Shown piece by piece: positions 36,990 to 47,154 of a stretch of DNA of 64,000 bases; within the stretch, counting starts at the first letter, position 1, and each line of letters begins with the position of its first letter. The notes under the pieces were generated by a model that saw nothing but the letters and a program-made list of their open reading frames with translations, made no database searches and was not told the DNA's origin. The stretch is from Clostridia bacterium (GTDB lineage Bacteria > Bacillota > Clostridia > Christensenellales > CAG-138): positions 7,482-71,481 of the forward strand of contig JAFWVQ010000047.1 of the NCBI GenBank assembly GCA_017523925.1, read 5' to 3'. A program made the position numbers and the translations under genes.

Positions 36990-38303
36990 TTAACTTTGCA
37001 GCAGCTCCTTCACGCGCACCGCCGAGGCGATGTTCAGCTCGCATTTGCTCTGCGCGCGAAGCTCCGTGCAGGCGCCGCGCACGGTCTCCTTCGGGATATA
37101 CGCGCCCTCATCCTCGAGCAGCAGCATCACCGTGCGAACGAATTCATCCTCGTCCATCTCGCGGAGCTCGAGCGTTATCTCAAAGAAGCTCTGCATCGTC
37201 GGCACTGCGCTCGTTGCCGAAGCGAGCACGTTCATCGGAAGCATCGGCTCGCATATGCCGTTCAGCGCATGAGGATTAAGATCGTCCATCAGAAGCATGA
37301 ATTTCACGGGCTGATCCCGCGGCTTTTCAAGCAGCGCAATTATCTCCGAACTTTTAACGTAGTTCGGCACGAATACCGTGTGCAGGCTCGGCAGCTCGTC
37401 CATCAGTTCGAGCATAAGCGTGGTTTTGCCGCTGCCCTGCCTGCCACAAAGAAGCATGGGCTTTGCGCTCTCGCCTGCAAGGAAGGCGGTCGCGTTTGCG
37501 CGAAGCGCGTCAAGCTCCGCTTCCGCAACACAAGCGCAGTTTCCGGCGCGAAGCTCGGGCAGGGGCTTAAGCTCCCCTTCGAAGTAAAAATGCCTGTATT
37601 TAAGGAAATCTCCGCAGCCGTTTCGGTTGAAAAAGTGCCAAAGCTCCTCGGTCAGCTCGCCCCAGTTTTCCTCATCGAGGAATCTTTGATACATCCCTTC
37701 AAGCTCATTGTCCGCGCAGTAGGCGTCCCTAAGCTCAAATTCGCCGTAGTACCAGCAGCTATCGGGCGGCGCAAGCCAGCTGCGCTGCGCCTGATTGGGT
37801 TCGCGCCCAATGGATGAGCCACCCCCGCCCGACCAAGCCGCTTGAGCGAATTTTGATGCGCTGTCCGGCGAAGGGTTCGCCGCCGCTGCCTCTGCGATAA
37901 GCTTATACATAGTGCCTTCGTCAAGCTCGGATATGACCTTCAGCGCGTTAAGATCGCGCCGCATCGCGAGCATCAGCGCCTCGTCGCGCCTGCCGGAAGC
38001 GGCGGCCTTTGAAAAGGCGTTCTCGGTTATAAGGACGGCATGCAGAATAAAGTCGAGCATAATGTCGCCGGTGACGCGCCTTGCGCCGCAGCAAAGCAGG
38101 ATCCTTGTGACCTCGTCGGCCTGAGGGCGCGCCCATACCGGTTGGGCATCCTTTAATAAGTCCGCAAATTGAAATAATGTTTGATACCACAAATCAAAGT
38201 AAGTAGGTTGTATTGTAAACGGCTTTCGCACGACTGTCAGCGAGTTGATCGCTGAAATAAGCCTGTCCGCCGCCATCTCGACCCTTTCAAGTCTGCTGCT
38301 CAT
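36990..38303 (-). CDS. DUF815/COG2607-type AAA+ ATPase
   Basis: Start at M19 (MSSRLERV), with GGAGG upstream. P-loop 'CGRQGSGKTTLMLEL'. Confidence 0.6.
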   Translation of the reverse strand: MSSRLERVEMAADRLISAINSLTVVRKPFTIQPTYFDLWYQTLFQFADLLKDAQPVWARPQADEVTRILLCCGARRVTGDIMLDFILHAVLITENAFSKAAASGRRDEALMLAMRRDLNALKVISELDEGTMYKLIAEAAAANPSPDSASKFAQAAWSGGGGSSIGREPNQAQRSWLAPPDSCWYYGEFELRDAYCADNELEGMYQRFLDEENWGELTEELWHFFNRNGCGDFLKYRHFYFEGELKPLPELRAGNCACVAEAELDALRANATAFLAGESAKPMLLCGRQGSGKTTLMLELMDELPSLHTVFVPNYVKSSEIIALLEKPRDQPVKFMLLMDDLNPHALNGICEPMLPMNVLASATSAVPTMQSFFEITLELREMDEDEFVRTVMLLLEDEGAYIPKETVRGACTELRAQSKCELNIASAVRVKELLQS

Positions 38304-38543
38304 ATTTCCTCCATCTGCGCCGATGCCGCTGCTTCTTATCGGCGCATATTTTTTCAAAATAGTATATCACATTTTCACGTTTCGTGCAATACAAGCTCGA
38401 CCGTTTTTCTTCGGTTTTGGGCGCTGTTTTATATTGACTTTACCGCTCGAAAAATGTAAAATCAAAGCTGTTCGGGCATTTTCCATCCTGCCCGAAACTG
38501 AACACGGGCGCGGCGGCACTTCCGCGCCAAAATGGAGCAAAGT

Positions 38544-39323
38544 ATGAAGTTTATCCCGCTTTTCAGCGGTTCATCGGGCAATTCGTCCTATCTTGAGGTC
38601 GGCTCTACCCGCCTGCTTATCGATGCGGGCATGACGGGCAAGGCGATCACCGAGGCGCTTTGCCGCATTTCGGTTTCCCCCGAAAAGCTGAACGGCATCC
38701 TCGTTACGCATGACCACGTTGACCACACGCGCGGCGTTGGCATCCTTTCAAGGAAGTACGGCCTGCCCGTTTACGCAAACGCCGGAACGCTCAAGGCGAT
38801 GGAGCCGATCACGAAGGAGCTTCCGTATTCAAACACCCGCCTGTTTCAAACGGACGAGGATTTCTATATCGGCAGCATAAATATTTTCCCTTTCAAAACG
38901 CCGCACGACGCTGCCGAATCGGTGGGTTTCGTTTTCACCGCGGGCGAAAAAAAGCTTACCTATATGACCGATATAGGCTGTATGCGCGAGAATATGCTCA
39001 ATAAAGCGGCGGGCTCGAATCTTGTTTTCATCGAGGCGAACCACGATATCGAGATGCTCAAGCGCGGCCCCTACCCCTACCCGCTCAAGCAGCGCATACT
39101 CTCCGATCACGGGCATCTTTCCAATGAAAACTGCGGCAAAGCGCTCGTTAAGCTCTATGAAACCGGCGTGCGCTTCGCGGTGCTCGGCCATCTTTCCAAG
39201 GAAAACAACACCGAGTATGAGGCGTACAACACGGTTTCGCGCGTGCTCGAGGAGGCGAATATCCCCGATATGCGCATAGTGGTCGCCAAGCGCGGCGAGA
39301 TAACGGGAATTTTCGAGCTGTAA
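38544..39323 (+). CDS. yycJ: MBL-fold metallo-hydrolase YycJ/WalJ-like
   Basis: 'HDHVDH' metallo-beta-lactamase motif. Conserved position upstream of rlmH. Confidence 0.75.
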   Translation: MKFIPLFSGSSGNSSYLEVGSTRLLIDAGMTGKAITEALCRISVSPEKLNGILVTHDHVDHTRGVGILSRKYGLPVYANAGTLKAMEPITKELPYSNTRLFQTDEDFYIGSINIFPFKTPHDAAESVGFVFTAGEKKLTYMTDIGCMRENMLNKAAGSNLVFIEANHDIEMLKRGPYPYPLKQRILSDHGHLSNENCGKALVKLYETGVRFAVLGHLSKENNTEYEAYNTVSRVLEEANIPDMRIVVAKRGEITGIFEL

Positions 39324-39344
39324 TACCGTTTTTTGAGGTGCAAT

Positions 39345-39824
39345 ATGAAGCTTCGCGTGATCTGCGTTGGCAGGCTCAAGGAAAAATTCTATACGGATGC
39401 TGTGAACGAGTTCAAAAAGCGGCTTTCGCGCTTTGCGGAGGTCGAGATAGTGGAGCTTGCGGATGAAAAAGCGCCCGAAAAGCTCAGCGATGCGGAGCTT
39501 GAGCAGATCAAGCTTGCCGAGGGGCGGCGCATACTTGCAAAGCTTGCGGACGGTGAAACGGCCGTGGCGCTCGATATTCGGGGCGTTCAGCTCTCCTCGA
39601 CCGAGCTTGCCGAGAAGCTGAAAAACCTGATGCTCGAGGGCAAAAGCCGCATCGCGTTCATCATCGGCGGCTCGAACGGGCTTTCAAGCGAGGTGCTCGC
39701 CCGCGCCGATTTCAAGCTGAGCTTTTCGAAGATGACCTTCTCGCATCAGATATTCAGAATAATGCTGATGGAGCAGCTCTATCGCGCGTTCAAGATAATA
39801 AATAACGAGCCGTACCACAAATAG
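39345..39824 (+). CDS. rlmH: 23S rRNA (pseudouridine1915-N3)-methyltransferase RlmH
   Basis: SPOUT fold, 'IAFIIGGSNGLS...FSKMTFSHQIFRIMLMEQLYRAF'. Confidence 0.85.
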   Translation: MKLRVICVGRLKEKFYTDAVNEFKKRLSRFAEVEIVELADEKAPEKLSDAELEQIKLAEGRRILAKLADGETAVALDIRGVQLSSTELAEKLKNLMLEGKSRIAFIIGGSNGLSSEVLARADFKLSFSKMTFSHQIFRIMLMEQLYRAFKIINNEPYHK

Positions 39825-39893
39825 ATAGTGAAGAGTGAATAATGAATAGTGAATAGTTGAGGTGGAAATTCCGCAGGAATTTCATCATTTTTA
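39822..39893 (+). repeat. TAGTGAA-heptamer array element, copy C
   Basis: 'TAGatagtgaagagtgaataatgaatagtgaatagttgaggtggaaattccgcaggaatttcatcattttta'. Confidence 0.8.
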
Positions 39894-40399
39894 TGAGTAT
39901 GAGTGAAAAAGAGGCTGCGGCGCTTTCGGCGCTCGATCAAATGAATATTCCTTATATAAGGCTTGAGCATCCGCCCTGCGCGAGCATGGAGGCATGCGCC
40001 GCCATCGTTTCGCCCTCGGGCGCGAAGCATTGCAAGAATCTTTTCTTGACCAATAAGCGCGGCACGGAGTTCTATCTTCTGCTGCTTCACCGCGAAAAGC
40101 GCTTTGTAACGAGCGAAGTCAGCAAGCTTCTCGGCTCAACACGGCTGAGCTTTGCAGCAGACGATAAGCTTTCGGAGCTCTTGGGCCTCTCCCCCGGCTC
40201 TATCTCGGTTACCGGGCTTATCAACGATACGGAGAGAAGGGTTCACCCCGTTATCGACGCCGATATCCTTAAAGAGGAAAAGATGCTGATCCATCCGAGC
40301 GTGAACACCGCCTCGCTCGAGGTGAAAACCGCCGACGTGAAAAGCTTTGCTGAAGGGCTTGGGTATGAGGTGCGGGTGATATTCGGGGATAGTGAATAG
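39893..40399 (+). CDS. YbaK/ProX-family aminoacyl-tRNA deacylase
   Basis: 'MSMSEKEAAALSALDQMNIPYIRLEHPP...'. The first 12 aa of the track ORF (MRWKFRRNFIIF) are the translated repeat element. Confidence 0.65.
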   Translation: MSMSEKEAAALSALDQMNIPYIRLEHPPCASMEACAAIVSPSGAKHCKNLFLTNKRGTEFYLLLLHREKRFVTSEVSKLLGSTRLSFAADDKLSELLGLSPGSISVTGLINDTERRVHPVIDADILKEEKMLIHPSVNTASLEVKTADVKSFAEGLGYEVRVIFGDSE

Positions 40400-40450
40400 T
40401 GAATAGTGAATAGTTGAGGTGGAAATTCCAAGGGAATTTCTTTGATTTAA
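40388..40450 (+). repeat. TAGTGAA-heptamer array element, copy D
   Basis: 'tagtgaatagtgaatagtgaatagttgaggtggaaattccaagggaatttctttgattt'. Confidence 0.8.
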
Positions 40451-40598
40451 GCCTTTTTCGCCGTAAACCTTCCTTTGCGGCATTTTTCGTGGTATAATTA
40501 TGTTTTAACGAATGCCGTTTCGCGGCGGGTGCATTTGCATTTGCCAGCGAGGTGCGCATATACTGAACAAAAAGCGTCCTAAGGCGCGGGAGAAGATC

Positions 40599-41675
40599 AT
40601 GGAGAATAAAAAGATAATCGTTATGACAGGCGGCGGCAGCGCGGGGCACGTTACGCCCAATATCGCGCTGATACCCGAGCTTCAAAAGGCGGGCTATGAG
40701 ATACACTATATCGGCTCGAAGGACGGCATTGAAAAGGAGCTTATCGAGGCTCAGAAGGGCGTTTATTATCATCCGATATCCTCCGGCAAATTCCGCCGCT
40801 ATTTTTCGCTGAAGAATTTCACCGATCCCTTCCGTGTTAATCACGGCGTTTCGCAGGCAAAAAGGCTTATAAAGGAGCTTGCGCCCGAGGTCGTTTTCTC
40901 CAAGGGCGGCTTTGTGAGCGTTCCGGTCGTTATTGCGGCGAAGGGCAAATGCCCCGTGGTCTGCCACGAGAGCGACTACACGCCCGGCCTTGCGAACAAG
41001 ATCGCCGCGAGGTATGCCGACACTATCTGCGTCACCTTCGAGGACACACTGAAGCATGTGGACAGGTCCCGCGCAGTGCATACGGGTACGCCGATACGCA
41101 GCGAGCTTTTCTCGGGAAACAGGCAGCGCGGCCTCGATTTCCTCGGTTTTTCGGGGGATAAGCCCGTTATCTTGGTCATGGGCGGCAGCCTCGGCGCGGA
41201 GGCGGTCAACAATGCGGTCCGCCGCGCACTGCCGGAGCTTACGAAGCGATTCGACGTTATCCACCTCTGCGGCAAGGGCAAGCTGGACGAGAGCATCGGC
41301 GAAAACCCCTGCTACCGCCAGTTTGAGTACATCAGTTCGGAGCTGCCCGATCTTATGGCCTGTACCGATCTTGCGATAAGCCGCAGCGGCGCGAACTCGG
41401 TTTTTGAATTCCTCGCGCTTCGGATACCCGCCATCTTCATCCCGCTCACGCTCGAGCAGAGCCGCGGCGATCAGATTCTGAACGCCGAATACTGCGAAAA
41501 GAAGGGCTATTCGGCGGTGCTGCCGCAGGATACCGTTACGAGCGAGAGCCTGTTGAACAAGGTGAACGAGGTCTACGACAACAGGCAAAAGTTTATCTCC
41601 GCGATGGAGCAGGATAAAACGCTGGACGGCACCGCGAGGGTGCTTGAGGTGATTTTGAAGGCAGCTAAGAAGTGA
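40599..41675 (+). CDS. murG: UDP-N-acetylglucosamine--N-acetylmuramyl-(pentapeptide) pyrophosphoryl-undecaprenol GlcNAc transferase MurG
   Basis: Start at M30 (MENKKIIVMTGGGSAGHVTPNIAL), with SD 'gggaga'. GT28 N- and C-terminal domains. Confidence 0.85.
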   Translation: MENKKIIVMTGGGSAGHVTPNIALIPELQKAGYEIHYIGSKDGIEKELIEAQKGVYYHPISSGKFRRYFSLKNFTDPFRVNHGVSQAKRLIKELAPEVVFSKGGFVSVPVVIAAKGKCPVVCHESDYTPGLANKIAARYADTICVTFEDTLKHVDRSRAVHTGTPIRSELFSGNRQRGLDFLGFSGDKPVILVMGGSLGAEAVNNAVRRALPELTKRFDVIHLCGKGKLDESIGENPCYRQFEYISSELPDLMACTDLAISRSGANSVFEFLALRIPAIFIPLTLEQSRGDQILNAEYCEKKGYSAVLPQDTVTSESLLNKVNEVYDNRQKFISAMEQDKTLDGTARVLEVILKAAKK

Positions 41676-41735
41676 ATAGTGAATAATGAATAGTGAATAG
41701 TGAATAGTTGCGGTTGAAATTCCTTCGGAATTTCT
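41673..41735 (+). repeat. TAGTGAA-heptamer array element, copy E
   Basis: 'TGAatagtgaataatgaatagtgaatagtgaatagttgcggttgaaattccttcggaatttc'. Confidence 0.8.
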
Positions 41736-41824
41736 TACATATTCAATATTGGGTTTCAGTTGAAATATTGTTTTGCCGCCGGATCGCGTTATCGAGCGGC
41801 GGGCTTAGAGGGCAGTGAGGCGGA

Positions 41825-43009
41825 ATGATCGCTTTTCTTGCGAAAACCTTTATCAAGAACAGCGAAAACTATGGGGATGCGCGGGTTCGCGGCGGCTACG
41901 GCGTGCTGATCGGCGCATTCTTCATAGTGCTAAATGCGCTGCTCTTCGCGGGCAAGCTCGCCGCGGGGCTTATCTCGCGCTCGGTTTCTATCACGGCGGA
42001 TGCTTTCAACAATCTTTCCGATGCGGGAAGCTCGATCATAACGCTTCTCGGCTTCAAGCTCGCCTCGCAAAAGCCCGACACGGAGCATCCCTTCGGGCAC
42101 GGCAGGTTTGAATACATCGCGGGGCTGCTCGTTTCCGCCGCGATAATCCTGATGGGCTTCGAGCTATTGAAGACCTCGATCGGGCGAATAATACGCCCTG
42201 AGGAAACGGAGCTTTCGCTTTTGAGCGGCATTATACTCGGCGCTTCGGTCGCCGTTAAGCTCTACATGGCGTTTTCAAGCGGCCGTTACGCCAAGCGCCT
42301 GCGCTCTCCCGCGCTCAAGGCGACGATGCGCGATTCACTTTCGGACAGCGCGGCGACGGCGCTGGTGCTTATCGCCGCCATCGCTTCAAAATTTACCGGC
42401 GCAAGGCTCGACGGCTGGGTGGGCGCACTGGTCTCCATCTTCGTGCTGTATTCGGGGATCACGTCCGGAAAGGAAACGATCGCGCCGCTGCTCGGTCAGA
42501 TGCCCGAGCCGGAATTTGTGGAGCGTGTGAAGGAGCTCGTGCTCTCCACGGAGCGCATAACGGGGCTGCACGATCTCATCATCCACGACTACGGCCCGGG
42601 GCGGCGCATGATATCGCTGCACGCCGAGGTGCCGGTCGAAAAGGGCGACGATTTTTTCAAAATCCACGATATCATCGACGAAACCGAGCGCAGGATCGCC
42701 GCGGAGCTTGGGTGCGAAGCAACGATACACCTCGATCCCGTTGCGCTTGGGGACGAGCGAACGGAAAAGCTCAAGGCGCGCACGCTCGAAGCGCTGCACG
42801 CGATAGACCCCGCGCTCACGCTGCACGATTTTCGCATAGTTCCGAGTGAAACGCGCACAACGCTGATCTTCGACGTGGTGATCCCCTACGATTGCAGGCT
42901 GAGCGAGGGCGAGGTCGTATCGGCGATATGCGAAGCCGTTTCGCGCTTTGAGGGCGAAAGCGGCGGAAGCTTTCGCGCGGTGGTTACGGCGGATAGACCG
43001 TTTGCGTGA
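41825..43009 (+). CDS. cation diffusion facilitator (CDF) family metal efflux transporter
   Basis: 6 TM with 'HAFNNLSDAGSSIITLLG' and a C-terminal cytoplasmic domain. Confidence 0.8.
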   Translation: MIAFLAKTFIKNSENYGDARVRGGYGVLIGAFFIVLNALLFAGKLAAGLISRSVSITADAFNNLSDAGSSIITLLGFKLASQKPDTEHPFGHGRFEYIAGLLVSAAIILMGFELLKTSIGRIIRPEETELSLLSGIILGASVAVKLYMAFSSGRYAKRLRSPALKATMRDSLSDSAATALVLIAAIASKFTGARLDGWVGALVSIFVLYSGITSGKETIAPLLGQMPEPEFVERVKELVLSTERITGLHDLIIHDYGPGRRMISLHAEVPVEKGDDFFKIHDIIDETERRIAAELGCEATIHLDPVALGDERTEKLKARTLEALHAIDPALTLHDFRIVPSETRTTLIFDVVIPYDCRLSEGEVVSAICEAVSRFEGESGGSFRAVVTADRPFA

Positions 43010-43069
43010 AGGCGTGAAAAAGGATGCGGTGACGAACCGCATCCCGTTGTTTTTATTGACATTCAAAGT

Positions 43070-43342
43070 TTACACCGCTTCGGTATTATAGGCGAAACTC
43101 TCCATGTAAACCTTTTCGGGAGCGATATCTATCTCTCCGTTTTTCCATGTTATAACGCCGTGAAACACACGAGCATCGTTGAACACGGCTTCGTCCTTCA
43201 ACGGCTCGAAGGCGCTTCCGGTCAGCAGCGTGGTGTCAAAGAGCCGCTTTTCCCCCGTTGAAAAGGTAACAAGCAGCATACCGCCGCGTAAAGGCTTGGC
43301 ATCATTAATCTTTATACTGTTGCAGCGGCTCAATTCCGGCAT
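43070..43342 (-). CDS. DUF2442-like small protein
   Basis: 90 aa with the pattern 'ITWKNGEIDIAPEKVY'. Confidence 0.5.
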   Translation of the reverse strand: MPELSRCNSIKINDAKPLRGGMLLVTFSTGEKRLFDTTLLTGSAFEPLKDEAVFNDARVFHGVITWKNGEIDIAPEKVYMESFAYNTEAV

Positions 43343-43592
43343 ATTGCTTCACACCCTTCGTTTTGCTATTATCCTCATAAATATACTACCACAAATCACT
43401 CCGTTTTACAACCGAGACGGCCATGATTTGAGCGTTTGCAAGTATATTTTCAAATATCGGGGGTTTTTGAACGCCCATCTCCCCCCGCGCTACTGTAAAA
43501 CAGACCGAAAACATGGTATAATCAATCGAACACTCTGCGGATGGATACAGAGCTTCCGCAGCACTTATCAATAAATAAACAGAGGTGCTATC

Positions 43593-44768
43593 ATGGATTA
43601 CCAAAAGGAATCGCTCCGCCTGCACGGCGAATGGAAGGGCAAGATCGAGGTCGTTTCGACCGTTCCCACCGAGAACCGCGAGGATCTTTCGCTGGCATAC
43701 ACCCCCGGCGTTGCCCACCCCTGCCTTGAGATACAGCAGGACGTGAATAAGAGCTATGAGCTCACCCGCCGCCACAATCTCTGCCTCGTCGTGACCGACG
43801 GCACGGCGGTGCTCGGCCTTGGCGACATCGGCCCCGAGGCGGCGATGCCCGTTATGGAGGGCAAATGCGTGCTCTTCAAGAATTTCGGCGGCGTGGATGC
43901 CTTCCCGCTCTGCATCAAGAGCAAGGACGTGGACGAGATTGTTCGCACCATCTACCTCATCAGCGGCAGCTTCGGCGGCGTGAACCTTGAGGACATCGCT
44001 GCTCCCCGCTGTTTTGAAATAGAGAAAAAGCTCAAGGAAATTTGCGATATCCCGATTTTCCACGACGATCAGCACGGCACCGCCGTCATCACGCTTGCGG
44101 GCCTTACAAACGCGCTCAAGCTCGTTGATAAGAAGATGGACGAAGTGCGCGTTGTTATAAACGGCGCGGGCGCTGCAAGCATTTCGATAGCAAAGCTGCT
44201 TCTTTCGCGCGGCGTGAAGCATATCACGCTCTGCGACCGCACCGGCATCATCTTCGAGGGCCGCAAGGCGGGCATGAACGCTATAAAGGAAGAGATGGCG
44301 AAGCTGACGAACCTTGAAAAGCGCGAGGGCAGCCTTGCCGATGCGCTAGTTGGAGCGGACGTATTCATCGGCGTTTCCGCGCCGAACACCGTTACGGTGG
44401 ATATGGTCAAGACCATGGCGCGCGATGCGATCGTGTTTGCCTGCGCGAACCCCACGCCCGAGATCTTCCCCGATGACGCGAAGGCGGGCGGCGCAAAGGT
44501 CATCGCCACCGGCAGAAGTGATTTCCCGAACCAGATAAACAATGTTCTCGCCTTCCCCGGCATCTTCCGCGGCACCTTCGACGTTCGCGCAAGCGATATC
44601 AACGACGAGATGAAGATCGCCGCCGCCGAGGCGATATCCTCCCTGATCTCGGACGAGGAGCTTTCGCCCGAGTACATCATCCCCGCCGCGTTCGACGAGC
44701 GCGTCGGCCCCGCCGTTGCAAAAGCCGTTGCCGAGGCCGCAAGAAGGAGCGGCGTTGCGAGGATATAA
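43593..44768 (+). CDS. maeB: NAD(P)-dependent malic enzyme (short form, no PTA domain)
   Basis: 'VVTDGTAVLGLGDIG' and 'GAGAASISIAKLL' Rossmann motifs. An extended -10 'TGgTATAAT' lies upstream. Confidence 0.85.
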   Translation: MDYQKESLRLHGEWKGKIEVVSTVPTENREDLSLAYTPGVAHPCLEIQQDVNKSYELTRRHNLCLVVTDGTAVLGLGDIGPEAAMPVMEGKCVLFKNFGGVDAFPLCIKSKDVDEIVRTIYLISGSFGGVNLEDIAAPRCFEIEKKLKEICDIPIFHDDQHGTAVITLAGLTNALKLVDKKMDEVRVVINGAGAASISIAKLLLSRGVKHITLCDRTGIIFEGRKAGMNAIKEEMAKLTNLEKREGSLADALVGADVFIGVSAPNTVTVDMVKTMARDAIVFACANPTPEIFPDDAKAGGAKVIATGRSDFPNQINNVLAFPGIFRGTFDVRASDINDEMKIAAAEAISSLISDEELSPEYIIPAAFDERVGPAVAKAVAEAARRSGVARI

Positions 44769-44889
44769 GGGAGCATTGGCCTCCAACGCGGTGCGCAGCT
44801 TCCCCGCAGTACCTTTGAAACAAAAGCCGACCCGCGCTTCAGGCGCGGGTCGGTTCGTTTTTGGCGTGTCGGTTTGCAGTGAAGGGCTG

Positions 44890-46923
44890 TTACGGATTCT
44901 CAACGGGGAAGGTTGAGATAACGCCCATGGCATAGCGCTGGATGAGCAGGCTGTCGACCATGGTGACTTCGCCGTCGCCGTCCACGTCCGCCTGTGCAAG
45001 CTGCTCCTCATCGAGCTCCGCAAGACCCATGATATAGCGCAGCGCGAGCAGCGCGTCCGCAGTGGTGACTTCGCCGTCGCCGTCCGCGTCGCCGATGATG
45101 GCGGTTTCGGGCGCCTCGACGTAGAAGTCGATGGTGTAGAGCCAGTAGTAACCCATGCTCGAGCTGTAGCCGCCGTTTTCTACAAAAGCGGTTTCGCCGT
45201 TGATAGTAACGGTCACATTCTCAGCAAATACGCAGCCCGCGTTGGGAAGGATCTCGAAGTACTGGTAGTAGGCGTAGCCCGCGTTGTCAAAAGCATCGGA
45301 GGGCACCATCATGTCGCCATCGTCGATCGCTTCATCCCACCAGTTCCAGTCCGTGTAGTCGATGGTATAATTCGCGCCCTCGGGAACGGTGACGTTGTAG
45401 AACGGGTTCTCGCCCCATACGGGCTCAACGAAGCCCTCGATCTCGATGGTGTCGATAACGATGGGATCCGGAGCGGGCTCCTCATTGGTTCCGAACACCT
45501 CAACGCAGTCGAGGTTGAGTCGGAACATATCGGAGCAGTTATAGTGGCGGAACGCAACGCTGATCGTTTCGCCGGCGTACTCGGAAAGATCGAGCTCGTA
45601 ATAGGTGTAGGCGGGCTCGGCAACGAGCTCCTCGGATATCATGGTGTAATCTTCAACATTGGTGCCGGTGCCGACGTAGATCGCAAAATGCTCATCGGAA
45701 TAGCCCGGATCCTGCGCACCGAGATACATGCCGAGAGCGGCATCATACAGCGGAACCTCGAACGCGGGGGAGATCACCCAGTTGTCGGGATTGAGCGCAG
45801 CGCCCTGATACGAAGCGGAGGTCATGTTGCCAACGCCCTCAAACGCCATAATTGCGGTATCCTGGTTGACGCCGTAGGCAAGCCAGTACCAGTTCATGCC
45901 GTCGCCGTCGCTGTCTACATACTGCCAGCCCTCGCCTTCGGGATTGGTCTCGAAGTAGAAGCCCACGACGGCCTCCTTGGCGCAGACGTAGCGAATGCCA
46001 ATGTATGCATAGGCCTCGTTGGTTGTGGTGCACTCGGGATCGGGCTCCTTGGCGCCTCCGTTCGCGGTAAGCTCGGCGTTGGCATCGAAGACCTTGCCAT
46101 CGGGTGCTTCAAGCTCCGCAGCGAGCAGGTAGGTCTCGCCCGCCACAAGCGCCTCGTCGGAGGAAAGAACGCTGCCGTCTTCAAGAGCTACGCTGACCCG
46201 GCTGATAACATACTCCGCGTCATCGGGAGTAAAGAGCGCATCGGCAAGCTCCGCGGGGGTCATGTTTTCGATGAGCCTTAATGGGAAGCCGCTAACATCC
46301 GCCTCGTAGATTACGTTGGGATCCGGGGGAAGTGCAACGGTGATATCGTCGATGTAGAACTTCCACATATCGGAAACGTCGAAGTGACGGATCGCGAATT
46401 TAACGGTCGCACCCGCGAAAGCGGAGATGTCGTAGATCTTCTCGTTCCAGTCAGTGCCGGATGCGGACTGACCGACGGCGATCTCGTTTGCATTGTCCTC
46501 GGCGTCGATAACGTATACGCCGTAGTTCTCGGGATAGGTGCCGGAATAGTTCTTAACAAACATGGTGACCTCCGCGCCGGTCGCGGGAACGGCGAACGCG
46601 GGAGAGATCGCCCAGTTATCGGGATGGTACGCGCCTGCGCCGTAGGACTCACTCATTATCGAGTAAGTGCCGCTGTGGGCGTAAGTGGCGCCGCTGTTCC
46701 AAATCCAGTTATGGCCGTCGCCGTCCTCATCCACGAACTGCCAGCCGTTCGCGGTGGGGTCTGCTTCAAAATCCCATGCTGCGATGGATTTCTCGGTCGC
46801 GGGAGAGGATTTCTCGGTTGCGGGAGAGGAGAGCCTGGTCGCTTCGCCCGCGAATGCCGCCGCGGGGATGAGGCTCAAAACCATCATGGCCGCAACGAAG
46901 ATGCTGATAAGCTTCTTAGTCAT
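44890..46923 (-). CDS. secreted protein with two cleaved-adhesin-like (choice-of-anchor-J-like) lectin domains and C-terminal type-I dockerin (paralog 1)
   Basis: True start MTKKLISIF (M88 of the track ORF), with GGAGG upstream. Signal peptide, 'EKSSPATEKSSPATEKS' repeats, 'DGDGHNW...DNWAISP...FAIRHFD' domains, and dockerin 'DADGDGEVTTADALLALRYIMG...DVDGDGEVTMVDSLLIQRYAMG'. Confidence 0.75.
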   Translation of the reverse strand: MTKKLISIFVAAMMVLSLIPAAAFAGEATRLSSPATEKSSPATEKSIAAWDFEADPTANGWQFVDEDGDGHNWIWNSGATYAHSGTYSIMSESYGAGAYHPDNWAISPAFAVPATGAEVTMFVKNYSGTYPENYGVYVIDAEDNANEIAVGQSASGTDWNEKIYDISAFAGATVKFAIRHFDVSDMWKFYIDDITVALPPDPNVIYEADVSGFPLRLIENMTPAELADALFTPDDAEYVISRVSVALEDGSVLSSDEALVAGETYLLAAELEAPDGKVFDANAELTANGGAKEPDPECTTTNEAYAYIGIRYVCAKEAVVGFYFETNPEGEGWQYVDSDGDGMNWYWLAYGVNQDTAIMAFEGVGNMTSASYQGAALNPDNWVISPAFEVPLYDAALGMYLGAQDPGYSDEHFAIYVGTGTNVEDYTMISEELVAEPAYTYYELDLSEYAGETISVAFRHYNCSDMFRLNLDCVEVFGTNEEPAPDPIVIDTIEIEGFVEPVWGENPFYNVTVPEGANYTIDYTDWNWWDEAIDDGDMMVPSDAFDNAGYAYYQYFEILPNAGCVFAENVTVTINGETAFVENGGYSSSMGYYWLYTIDFYVEAPETAIIGDADGDGEVTTADALLALRYIMGLAELDEEQLAQADVDGDGEVTMVDSLLIQRYAMGVISTFPVENP

Positions 46924-47154
46924 GTTTTTTCCTCCTAAAACGAATTTCATTCGGATCGGCGCCACTCGGAGCATATAGGATGCCCGATCGTGCGCCGACC
47001 TCGGGTATATTATATCGCGCTTTGCGCCCGGTTTCAATGCGTTATCCAAAACTTGATCCTTTTTTTGCAAAAAACCCGTGTTTTTCCCCGGTGCGGCATA
47101 AAAACCAAAGCAAGCCTGAAGAAGCACAGAGAACAAAAACGCAGAATAAATAAA

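Noticed and set aside
39857-39892. N-terminal 'MRWKFRRNFIIF' (and MRWKFRWNFFFIY at 47184, MRWKFRGNFFFIF at 49894)
   Set aside because: These are translations of the TAGTGAA/hairpin element. True starts lie downstream with proper SDs.
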